A stretch of 64,000 bases of DNA from Sphagnum compactum (lineage: Eukaryota): assembly GCA_965153455.1 (NCBI GenBank), contig OZ234493.1:12762213-12826212 (forward strand), written 5' to 3'. The notes beneath the pieces were generated by a model. That model was not told the DNA's origin, did no database searches, and saw only the letters and a program-made list of their open reading frames with translations. This document shows positions 53,301 through 64,000 of the stretch, one piece after another (position 1 is the first letter of the stretch; every line of letters starts with the position of its first letter). The position numbers were made by a program, and so were the translations under genes.

Positions 53301-56300
53301 AGAATTGGTTACCAAGGTGAAACCAAATATTAACTCAGTTGAGTAGGTACCTGAGTTTCGTCATACACAGGGTGAGATTAAAAAGAAACTTGCAAAAAAG
53401 TACATTAGCATTCAACCGGGGGTGAAACTCAGAAAACCATCAATTTTGGTGATAAACTAAGTTTTATCATGTCTTTCCTTTTTCCTGAGCACCTCCATAA
53501 CTGAGTAATAATGGGCATCCAGTGGATGGTGTGCTGGTGGGTGCTGGTTCACTGTGGCTAGTTATGGATGAACCTCTCTACCTATTTTTTACACCTAGAG
53601 GCTGCATTCTGCAGCAGCCTAGAAGTCACATTCTGCACCCTAGGAACTGCATTCTATATCACCTAGTGAAAGCAAAACATTATTTGGGTGCAAATGGGTC
53701 CTTAATTATTATTGCAAAGGCTAAAGGCCACAATGAACCTTAGGACAAACTGATGACCTGAGGTAGTACGAAGTGTTCCATAGCATAAAAGGAGTGCATA
53801 TCAGCCTCACCCTACCTTCTAGTGTTCCTTAACATAAAGGTCCATATCGGGCTTTATTTTGTTTGAAAATTTTCAGCTAGTGTAGTAGGACTTTTTCATC
53901 CTAGGACTAACAAATTTTCTTAAGGATTTGTGAAAGTTTGTTGTTCTTTGTTGAAATTGTAGTAATTTTTTTTAAGGTTGTGTATTTGGTTGAATGCAGC
54001 TTTTGCCATAGAGAACATTAAAAAAGCTCTCAACCTCACGACTTGGACCGGAGATCCATGCGTGTACACACCTTACAACTGGATCACATGCACGTCCAAT
54101 TCCACCAATCGAAATGAGATACCTCCTAATATTGTGACTCTGTAAGCCCATTTTCACCTTATTTCCTCAATGAAGGATAATATTACAAATTTTTTTGACT
54201 CATTTTTTCACAACCCAATTAATTGCTTACTCATGATAGGGTTGGGTGAGGGGGTGTTGGGCTCTTGAAGGTTTTTAAACAAGTCTAGAGTTTGGAATAC
54301 ATAGAATATGTGTAAATTTTGGTTTCAAAAATCAAATAGGGAATATATCAAAACATCACAGAATCATACAGACCCTAATAACAAATACGATGAAAATTTT
54401 CCATGGAAACAAATAGTCATCATGGTAATTTGTATTTAATATTAACTACTAAATTCTAATTAGATGTTCTTTGATGATCCTTTTCACAACATTATACCTT
54501 TAAATATGACTTCAAAGAAAGATCATGACTACGGTCTAAACGTGTTCATGGTAAAATGTTGTAATTCAAGACAAGATCACAATTTCCTTTGGAAAACATC
54601 AATTTTTAATATTTTAATAATATGCCATTCCAAATGGGCACATGACATACTAACCTTTTGTAAACTTTTCACACTCCTTTTAACTTCTTTAAGAATAGGG
54701 GAACCCGTATGTCTTGTGGGATATTTTCCACAAACATTGGGGTGCTCTTGTAGCTAAACATAAAGATGCATGCAATCTAATGGGGACTATATACTCGGTT
54801 GTTGCAGGGAGCTCACCAATTACAACTTGACAGGCACCATACCAGATGCCCTAAGTAATTTGACAATGCTCACTACTCTGTAAGCAAGTTTATACACATT
54901 GGTGAACTAAACCCCAAATTTTCAAAACCTTAATTCTCCACTTAAATACTTAGGAGTTGATATGAATATCATGTTTATCGTCAAATATGTTCACAATTTT
55001 CCCATTTCGGTGTGTTTGATGCTTCCAATGTAACAAATGCTTTGTAACTAAAAGCAAAGTTTTCTTTGTGATACGAACTTGGGATGTTGGAGAATTCTTT
55101 GAAATGAACTTCTTCACAAACATTCATCAACTTTTCTTTCTTTTTTAAAAAATTATCAAAAGTGATTATAAGTCAATATCTAATTACCACACTGGGGTGA
55201 ACATGAAACCATAGTTAACAAGTTCAATGTTGGCAAATGGTGTATGTGAATGGTGTGTACTAGGTGGTTGGATGATAACTCGTTGCAAGGCCCTATCCCG
55301 GAATCGCTTAGTGCTTTGACAAATCTTGTATCATTGTGAGTTTACATCACCTTCAAACCTTCAACTGTTTGTATAAATAGGTTCAACTATTTTGCTAAAT
55401 GTTTTGTAGATCCTCATCATAGTTAGAATATGTCATGTTTGCAAACCCTAACCCACAATGTAATTAATGCATTAATATTTTTGTATTTGGAAAGTGGATT
55501 CCTATTCATCCAATGCAATTGATCAATGTCTACCTCGATTTTACAAACTAGTCGATCTTTCAAATATCCAACCCTAAAAACATGTAACATAAATTGTACC
55601 GTATTTTATTCAAAAATTTGCATTTTTGTTACAAGTTGAGAAAACTCATTTTATTGTTGGCTTTGACATTAACAGACGGTTATCAAATAATGAACTTACA
55701 GGCTCCATCCCTACGTGGCTTGAATCCTTAAATTTGCAAGAATTGTAAGTATGCTTCTCACCTTTCCAAAATCAGGAATATATATGTGTTTTGTGAAAGG
55801 ACTTCTCCTTTTATAGTCCCTATTTTATGTTTTTTGGTAATCTAGAGATTTTTTGATGTTCATATTTCAGCTTTCATTTCCTAAGCTTTTGCAATTAATT
55901 AACTACATGTGTGTTATATTTTCCAAGCTAGCCTAATATAGTGGGTTTTTTCTTTTTTTTCTTTTTTTTCTTTTTTAAAAAAATTCAAAGAGTGGTGATT
56001 TTTTTGCTTTAGAAAAAAAACAAAGTAGTGGAAAAGTAGTTCAAAAATTTTAGGCGGTGTTAATAATAATATCTTGAATGTTGATGGGAACAGGATTTTA
56101 TCAAACAACAATTTCTTGGGAATGATACCCCCTGGTCTTTTAAAGAAGGCAAACCTGAATTTTCAGTAAGTTTTGTTCACCTTCTTGCCTTATTTTTTCA
56201 TTCAAATTGTGGAATTGGTGCGAGGAATAAGGATTTTCTTAAAGGTTCCAAAAAATTTAGCACCTAGCCTACATGACAAAGGGATTTGGAAATACATTTA

Positions 56301-58119
56301 TGAAGTTTGAACTTGTTGGGTAGTTATCCAAAAAGGAACCAAACCCCCAAAGTTATCACCATGGCTTGTAGGGTTCATAACCCTAAATTATTGATTGTCC
56401 CAAATCAAAGAACCCTAAGTTACCTAGTGTCCCAAATCAAAGAACCCTAAGTTACCTAGTGTCCCAAATCAAAGAACCCTATGTTACCTACTATCCCGAA
56501 TCAAAGAACCCTAAGTTACCTAGTGTCCCAAATCAAAGAACCCTATGTTACCTACTATCCCGAATCAAAGAACCCTAAGTTACCTAGTGTCCCAAATCAA
56601 AGAACCCTATGTTACCTACTATCCCGAATCAAAGAACCCTAAGTTACCTAGTGTCCCAAATCAAAGAACCCTAAGTTACCTAGTGTCCCAAATCAAAGAA
56701 CCCTAAGTTACCTAGTGTCCCAAAGCAAAGAACCCTAAGTTACCTAGTGTCCCAAATCAAAGAACCCTAAGTTACCTAGTGTCCCAAAGCAAAGAACCCT
56801 AAGTTACCTAGTGTCCCAAATCAAAGAACCCTAAGTTACCTAGTGTCCCAAAACAAAGAACCCTAAGTTACCTACTATCCCGAATCGAAGAACCCTAAGT
56901 CACCTAATGTCCTAGCAACCTTGAATACTCAAGTTATGATGAACACCTTGACACATTGCTAGAGAATGAAAACTCATCAACCCACACAATTGTGTATCTA
57001 ATAGACCCACTTCATACCCCAACATTAGCTTTCTAACTTGGATACCTATTAACTTGTCCATTAACTCCTCTAGGTTTGGCAAGGGTAGGGGAAAATGGAT
57101 ATTATATGACTAGCACAAACTAGCCAATGGCACACCAACTTCACTTCGTGATATATAAATGTCATGTCCACACATAATGTAAATAAATGATTGTAATATT
57201 ATTGCAATAATAATATTGTAATAAATGATTGTAAATAATTATGTAATAAATGAATTTTATTAATAAATTTTCGAGAACTTGTGGTCCTCATGTGTGCACC
57301 CATTCTAGGGCCCCTTGCCATATTGACCAACCCATCTTGGCATCACCTTGATTATATTTTAATGCTAGGAATTTTGGCGATCTAACTAGTCTCTTTTTTC
57401 TCGTTTTTTTCCAATTTTTGTGATGTTGCTCAAGTGGTGACCATCGAATATTTAGCCAAATTTGGTGATATTCAAAATATGAAAGTTTAAAAAATAATCT
57501 TAAGCATCCTTTCATGCAATTGTGGTGAATTTTGGTGAAAAGATTTTCTTCAAAAAACAAGAGTCAATGTGTGAGAGAGTATTCTTTTTCATAATACTAT
57601 TTTTCAGAAAATGGTGAAAATTCACCACAAAAAAATATATTAATAATTAATAATTAATTTCCAAAAAAAATCTGTGATTCTTCTCTAACTTGAATAAATA
57701 TTGCAGGTATTCTGGAAACCCATATTTATGCATATCAACAACTACATGTTCAGCACATTTTTCACCTTCACCATCACCAACAATTGCGCCGCCGCCACCG
57801 AATCCAAACCCTAATCATATAGCAGCTATTGTGGGAGCTATTGTGGGAGGCTTAGTTGTGGCCATGGCAGCCACATTGGTGCTACTCTACTACTTTTGTT
57901 ATTGCAAAACCAAAAACAACAACCATTCTGAAGGGGAGATGGCAATAGCCGAAATGCAATCGCCGGGTCCACAAAAGCCATATGGAACGGGTATGTGATT
58001 TTTTTCTCCATACCTCATGTCCTCGATTATATATTTTTGCTAATTTTTTTATATTTCTAGTTTGTAAATAACAATTTAATTATATTCACGATATCAACCA
58101 TATGACCGGAACTCATTTA

Positions 58120-58169
<50 letters not shown>

Positions 58170-61100
58170 TACATATTCTAGTGTACCCTTTTAGTTCCAA
58201 ATGCCCATCGTCAAATTTATTTACTATTTATCATCAAAATTTGCTTTTCGTTACCTTCACAATTTTAATAACTTTTCAACCCTTTCCAATCTTCAAACCA
58301 AAAGGCAAAAAAGTTGTTCATATGTTCAAGTTCTATTTAGTACTCTTTTTTTTTTAAAGTGGATAGCTACAACTTGTACCATATAAGTTCATGTTTACAT
58401 ATTGGTCATTTCACCTTATAATTTCATATATTAACCATCCTTAATAATGTTAATCCATTTTAGAAGAATGGGTATTTTTTCAAAAATGGGATATTATATA
58501 TTTTTTAAATTTTATTGAAAAATTGAATAAATTCAAAATAATGCTTTCTTAACTCCAAATTGCACATGTGTAGACATTCATGGTAGTAGACCAAGAGGAT
58601 TAGATGAACAACACCAAGTTGGGGGCCCACAAGTTGCACAAGAATATTCATTTGTGGAGGTGATGAGTGCAACAAACAATTTTGCAAAGGTCCTTGGAGA
58701 AGGTAGCTTTGGTGTTGTGTATTATGGAAAACTACCTAATGGACAAGAAGTTGCGGTTAAAAGGTTGTCTACTACTTCGCATCAAGGAGCTAAGGAGTTT
58801 TTCACCGAGGTATGTTTATATATATCTCTCACTAAAACTACCAAGTTAGTACAATTTTAACCTGAAAATATAATTTCAGCATTTTTTTGAATATTAATTA
58901 AATTTTCAAACCTTTGAAATCATTTTTACATTTAATTGAATATTTTTTTACAAGATTTTAGCAAAATTGTCTCTACTACATTGTAATTTACTTTGTTTCA
59001 ATTTTTTTTGTTTATAGGTCGATCTCTTAACCAAAGTGCACCATAAGAACTTGGTGTCTTTGCTTGGATTTTGTAATACGAAAAAGGAGCAACTATTGAT
59101 TTATGAATATATGTCCAATGGAAGCCTGTGTGAAAGCCTTTACGGTAAGATTCACAACTCTTTTAAGATTTTTGCAACGATAATGTGTTATTGTCTATGT
59201 GCTCCATTTTAGGTACGATTTTTTAAAAGTGTCGAAAAAATTGTATTATATAATTTTAAAAGTGTCAAAAATTTGTATTATATCTACAATGTTTTGCCAA
59301 TTGCATTTCAAATTTATACATGTCAATGAATCGTGGGGGTCATGATCTTTTAGGAACTCCAAAGGCGTACAACAATCCAATAAATTGGAAAACTCGACTC
59401 AACATTGCTCTTAATGCTGCACAAGGTTCAAAATATTATATTTTTTTAATACATACCATTATACATACATCATCATTATTTTTATTATTATTTCAAAGGA
59501 AATTTTTTTTATTTACTTTTAAATCATTTTCATTAGTAACAAATGCATCATAATTCCATCAATTATGTGTTTATCACCAAATGTGTTTAATTTTTAAATC
59601 ACATTTTGTTGTAACATACAGGATTGGAGTATTTACACACGGGTTGCAAACATCCCATCATCCACCGTGATATAAAACCTAGCAACATTCTTCTTTCATC
59701 CAAAATGGTTGCTAAGGTTGCCGATTTCGGACTCTCGAAAATTAATGTGAACGAGGGTGCTTCCTATGTCTCCACCCAAGTCAAAGGCACAGCTGGCTAT
59801 ATGGACCCCGAGTATGTGAACTATTCTTTTTTTTTTTTGCCAATTTGTGTCATTTTCCATATCATCGTCTTTTGAAACTTTACTAAAAAAAATTAAATGG
59901 TTTAGGGTTTAGTTCAATTTGTGTCATTTTGCATATCATTGTCTTTTGAAACTTTACTAAAAAAAATTAAATGGTTTAGGGTTTAGTCCAATTTGTGTCA
60001 TTTTCCATATCGTCGTCTTTTGAAACTTTACTAAAAGAAATTAAATGGTTTAGGGTTTAGTCCAATTTGTGTCATTTTCCATATCATCGTCTTTTGAAAC
60101 TTTACTATAAAAAATTAAATGGTTTAGGGTTTAGTCCAATTTGTGTCATTTTCCATATCGTCGTCTTTTGAAACTTTACTAAAAGAAATTAAATGGTTTA
60201 GGGTTTAGTCCAATTTATGTCATTTTCCATATCATCGTCTTTTGAAACTTTACTAAAAAAAATAAATGGTTTAGGGTTTAGTCCAATTTGTGTCATTTTC
60301 CATATCATCATCTTTTGAAACTTTACAAAACATTTAAACGGTTTAAGGTTTAGTCATATGGTATTGGCAAGAATGCTTTTGCAAGGCATTTCTTTCAAAA
60401 AAGGAAATAAATGCCTTGTTCTAGCCACCGGCCAAGTCTTTAAAACCTTATAATGTGGTCTTGTGGCATTCACAATGTCATTTGCGGGTGGGTATATTTT
60501 TTTCTAAACCCATGCAAAATAACGAGTTTGAATTCAATGTCTCGTTGTCTTGTCGGGTTATCGATTGCCCAGGTATTACAAAAACGAGCAATTAACGACA
60601 AAAAGCGATGTCTTTAGCTTTGGAATCGTGTTGTTGGAATTGATATGTGGACGTAAATCCATCAATGTTGAATTACCTCCAAACAAGCGCCAACTCACGG
60701 ACTGGGTATGTTGCTTTTCCATATGCACATGATTATAAAAAAAAATTATTTATATATATATTTTATAATTTATCATTAATTATGGATGATTTATAAAAAA
60801 ATTTGATTTCAAGTTGCCATCCACTTGAAAAATAGTGGCCTTTCATTTATTTAACATAAAAAACTTGGGTACAATTAATTACAAATCAAAACCCAAAATT
60901 AAAAAAATTAAAACTCTTTCGACACAAATAAAAACAATACTTATCACAAATATCCCTAAATTCTTATTAGGGTAGTATTTCCATTTGTCCAAAAAGTTAC
61001 AAAATACTTCTTTGTCCATAGACTTATTGATTATGGTTCAATTACACGTAGAAACACCATGCATTATTTATAGTTCAATTCAAGGTTTTGGCATATTACA

Positions 61101-61879
61101 TGAACCTCCTCTTCATCATTTCCAATTTGATTATGGAATTGATAGAAAGAAAAAAAACCAAACCATTAAACTTAAGACATAAATGAAAAGTTCCGTGTTT
61201 TTAATTTTATTTCAATATTTTAATTTATATTTCAATATTAGTTAGTTTGTTGGCCTTGCCTTGGTAGGCAAGAAGGATATTGTGTATAGATTCATTATAG
61301 AGTATTGTAGCTTAAGGGATTTTTATAGGCCCCTAGGTAATAATAATAATAATAATAGGTCTATTTATTTTTATATGAGGAATTTTGAAAGATGATATTT
61401 TGGCTTGTGTTGAAACTTGAGATTAGTTATTATAGAGTTATGACATCTTGAAGGATTTTGGCTTCTTTTTTAAGAGGATTTTTTGAAGATTATATTTTTG
61501 CATGGTGAAATATTTGCAGGTGAGGTCACACTTACAAGCGGGAGTTATCCATCCCGTTGTCGACCAAGCATTGGGAAACCAATTCAACATCGAAAGCATG
61601 TGGAAGGTAGCCGAGATAGCAATGAGGAGTGTTGAACCATATGGTGCACATAGGCCAACTATGATGCAAGTCGTGGCTGATCTTCGAGAAGCCATGGAAA
61701 TCGAAGAGAATGTGAATCCTTCAAATCGTGCTAACCCTGAACATCAAACAATCAGTAGAACACTATTAGGAGGAAACTTTACAAGTCATGAGAGTTTAGA
61801 TCACGTTGTGGGAGACAACTCACTAACACCTTCAAGCTCAAGTAAAGTGGATATTGACTCCGGCCCACATGCAAGGTAA
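50362..61879 (+). CDS. Malectin-like-domain LRR receptor-like Ser/Thr kinase (LRR-I type), 15 exons: 50362-50449, 50787-51345, 52194-52717, 54000-54141, 54808-54879, 55264-55335, 55676-55744, 56094-56165, 57707-57990, 58574-58809, 59018-59144, 59354-59425, 59622-59811, 60573-60705, 61520-61879 (in-frame upstream ATG at 50278 is an alternative start)
   Basis: Signal peptide ending [12 protein letters not shown]; malectin-like [49 protein letters not shown]; four 69-72-bp LRR exons; GNPYLC; TM helix; kinase [42 protein letters not shown]-terminal GPHAR. All junctions GT-AG and in phase. Confidence 0.96.
53015..53553. mobile_element. MITE-like element with 28-bp perfect inverted ends in kinase intron 3
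   Basis: agtgaaccagcacccaccagcacaccat ... atggtgtgctggtgggtgctggttcact. It interrupts a degenerate cattctgcac repeat tract (~52860-53660). A related shorter IR pair lies at ~48713-48939. Confidence 0.75.
56397..56912 (+). repeat. 32-bp minisatellite, 16 copies, in kinase intron 8
   Basis: gtcccaaatcaaagaaccctaagttacctagt and variants at exact 32-bp spacing. Confidence 0.97.
57410..57640 (+). repeat. Interspersed repeat family (caattttgtgatgt.gct.aagtgg...atttagccaaatttgg...aatatgaaagt). Other copies at ~1590-1720(-), ~8155-8350(+), ~10480-10562(-), ~28558-28700(+); variant at ~48455-48570(+)
   Basis: The same ~100-bp core is recognisable in five or six places and in both orientations; class not determined. 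Confidence 0.75.
59840..60355 (+). repeat. ~74-bp minisatellite, 7 copies, in kinase intron 13; each unit contains a tttagggtttag-like motif
   Basis: ccaatttgtgtcattttccatatcatcgtcttttgaaactttactaaaaaaaattaaatggtttagggtttagt repeated. Confidence 0.95.
61252..61516 (+). mobile_element. HINE-like repeat family, copy 7 (3'-truncated), abutting the final splice acceptor of the kinase
   Basis: Begins ggccttgccttggtaggcaag. Family sequence runs to gcatggtgaaatatttg, then cag|exon 15. Confidence 0.88.
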
Positions 61880-63496
61880 TAACAACAACAACAAAAACCC
61901 TAAACCCTAAACCCTAAGCTTGTTGGATTAAACCCTAAACCCTAAACTTGTTGGATTAAAGTGTATGTTACATAATCATCATCATCATCATCATATCATT
62001 CAATGTCATTCATTACTCATCAAATAAAGTCTTTTAATCTTTTTTGTCTTCCATTCAAAGACTATGGTGATCTCAAGGCTCACCTCACCTCACCTCACCT
62101 TATGGCAGGAGGAGAAAGAAACCCATCTTTCAAACTGAGAATATGAGATCCATCTTTGTTGCCTAAACCCTAACCCTAACCCTGTGCAGTGTGGGGTGGG
62201 GGGAAATTGCCAAATTAGTGTGCAATTAAGTCATGTGCCACACAATTTTGGGGTTTTTATTTGCCATTTCAATCACTTGAATTGGATTTTCACTTGCTTT
62301 GGTTCTATTCTTCTAGGTGTGAGAGAATTTGAGTTACCTCTACCCTAAACCCTAAAACATATTTGTTTTTTTTTTTTTTTTTTTGGGGATGTCCATTTTA
62401 GTTTTTTTGGGTGATCTCCTAAGTATTAACCTTTGGTTCTATTCTAGTTCTAAGAGAGTTTGGGTTACCTATATTGTTTTGTGATATCCATGTTTTTTGG
62501 GAGGTGTTATCTTGACAGTTAGCCCTCCATTCTATTCTCGGTTTGCGAGAAAGGGTGATTGTACAAACTCAACAAACCTACAAACTTCATATTTGCCACT
62601 TTGCCAACTACTTTTGATTCCACCTCAATTTGCATGTTGCCATGAGGATTCTCACCTTGTCACATGTATGTCATGTCTATGTTTCTATGCACCTTTCTTG
62701 GAAAGTTATACTTCATAGGGCTTTACATGAGCTACCCCATGAAGTAACTCCGCCTTCTCTATGCAATGTGTCAAGCATCATTACTCTTCTTCATACCAAG
62801 CAATGCCATAATAGATGTGATCGAATTTGCATTAGGAATATCATTGTGCCTAAGGAAGTGAATGTCTTCGAAGACTTGATGTTATTGGGTGTCACTCCTT
62901 TGATTAAGAATATGTAGTAATTTCGAATATTTGAACTATTGCAACTATTGATCATCATCTACACTCCTCTACATCCATATTCCACACAATGGAAAATCAA
63001 TGTTGTGATAAAAATAAAATCACTACAATAAACAAAAGTGCCCACAACTACCAAAAGGCCATTCCAAAACACAACGGTGGGTCTTTCCTGACCCAGCTTT
63101 TTAAAGTCTAATTCAAACTCAACCAAGCAGGGTCAAATGAAAAATCCTGACACATGAAAAAAAAAAGAGCTAACAATTCACCCAACATAGAGCAGAACAA
63201 AGATAAACAGAAATGACAGAAATAACCTGAACCCGATTATCACAAACACAATACAGTACTAAACTTGAAAGGGAACAGCAGAGTGTGTAGCTGCAGTCTC
63301 AATACCCTCATATATTTTCAATAAACTCAAAAGACTCTCCCCTCTCCATTGGGTCCCTAACCCAACTCCGCAAAAACATTTATTTCAGGCAAGAAAACAA
63401 ACGATTCGTACTCAAAGATTTGGACTTGGGTCATCCTGAAATGAGGAGAAGGAGACTTCTTCACAGACAGAGCGAGGCTTCACCCAACTTATATTA

Positions 63497-63894
63497 TTAG
63501 ACCATGTCTTCGTTTTCCAGTGATGATGGCAAGTTCTCTGTCGAAAGTACTTTTGTTTCGGCTTTTGTTACCGAACCCAACCTCTCCTCCAATGCCCGGG
63601 CACCTCGCTCCCTGTGTCCACCACCCAATCCCATGATCAGAACTATCTACTGACAATACATGTCCAGGCAGATAGTATCAACATTCACACAACGTACTGG
63701 ACAAGTGGATGCTGCACTCACAATTTGATGAGAACTTAACCAAACAATTTATTTACCTTCTGCGGTTGGCCTCCACAGGGTCGGAACCAGGAAGGGGCTT
63801 TCCAAGGTCAAAGTCCTGCCCTTCCTCCAGCACTTGATTCCTCCGCCCACAGAAGATCTTCTCAAAAACAGCAAAAATGGGATCGACAAGAGGT
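63497..63894 (-). CDS. RBL19: 3' end (last two exons, 63894-63757 and 63611-63497) of a rhomboid-like protein 19 / TMEM115-type membrane protein; the gene continues beyond the window
   Basis: Spliced translation PLVDPIFAVFEKIFCGRR...KPLPGSDPVEANRRR|ERGARALEERL...MV*. PLPGSDP.EA.RRRERGARALEERL is recalled as the conserved C-terminus of this plant family. GT-AG intron is in phase. Confidence 0.8.
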
Positions 63895-64000
63895 CTGCAC
63901 CCGAAAGCAAGGTACTCACAAAGTCAAGACCAAGAAAGGCTCTTGCGGGAACTGGAATGTGCAAGCAGCCTCCTGTTGGAACCAGAACTGGAACCCAGAA

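Noticed and set aside
56397-56912. CRISPR-like look of the 32-bp repeats
   Set aside because: Units are contiguous with no unique spacers, there are no cas genes, and the array is in a eukaryotic intron.
50362-61879. Calling the kinase SYMRK or IOS1
   Set aside because: Malectin-like + GDPC + LRR + kinase architecture is shared across the LRR-I group; orthology needs a phylogeny.

Overview
Eukaryotic land-plant nuclear DNA: GT-AG introns, Arabidopsis-type CCCTAAA telomere motifs, AT-rich TE-littered intergenic DNA. The style suggests a bryophyte such as Sphagnum, but that is inference. There are three complete spliced genes on + (a YSL/OPT metal-chelate transporter, an ARM-repeat/TPR protein, a malectin-like LRR receptor kinase) and the last two exons of a rhomboid-like 19/TMEM115-type gene on -. 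A GC-rich 7.6-kb Helitron lies on - at 35391-43019. Its 4-exon RepHel frame has no frameshifts but carries eight in-frame TAG/TAA stops, and it is joined head-to-tail (CTAG|TC) to a 300-bp non-autonomous relative. Seven copies of a ~320-bp repeat with Helentron/Helitron2 (HINE/DINE-like) end architecture are scattered through the window, and one of them abuts the last splice acceptor of the kinase. Also present are Tourist-like and other MITEs, two decayed hAT transposase relics, and several young minisatellites. All calls are from reading the sequence by eye; no searches were run.
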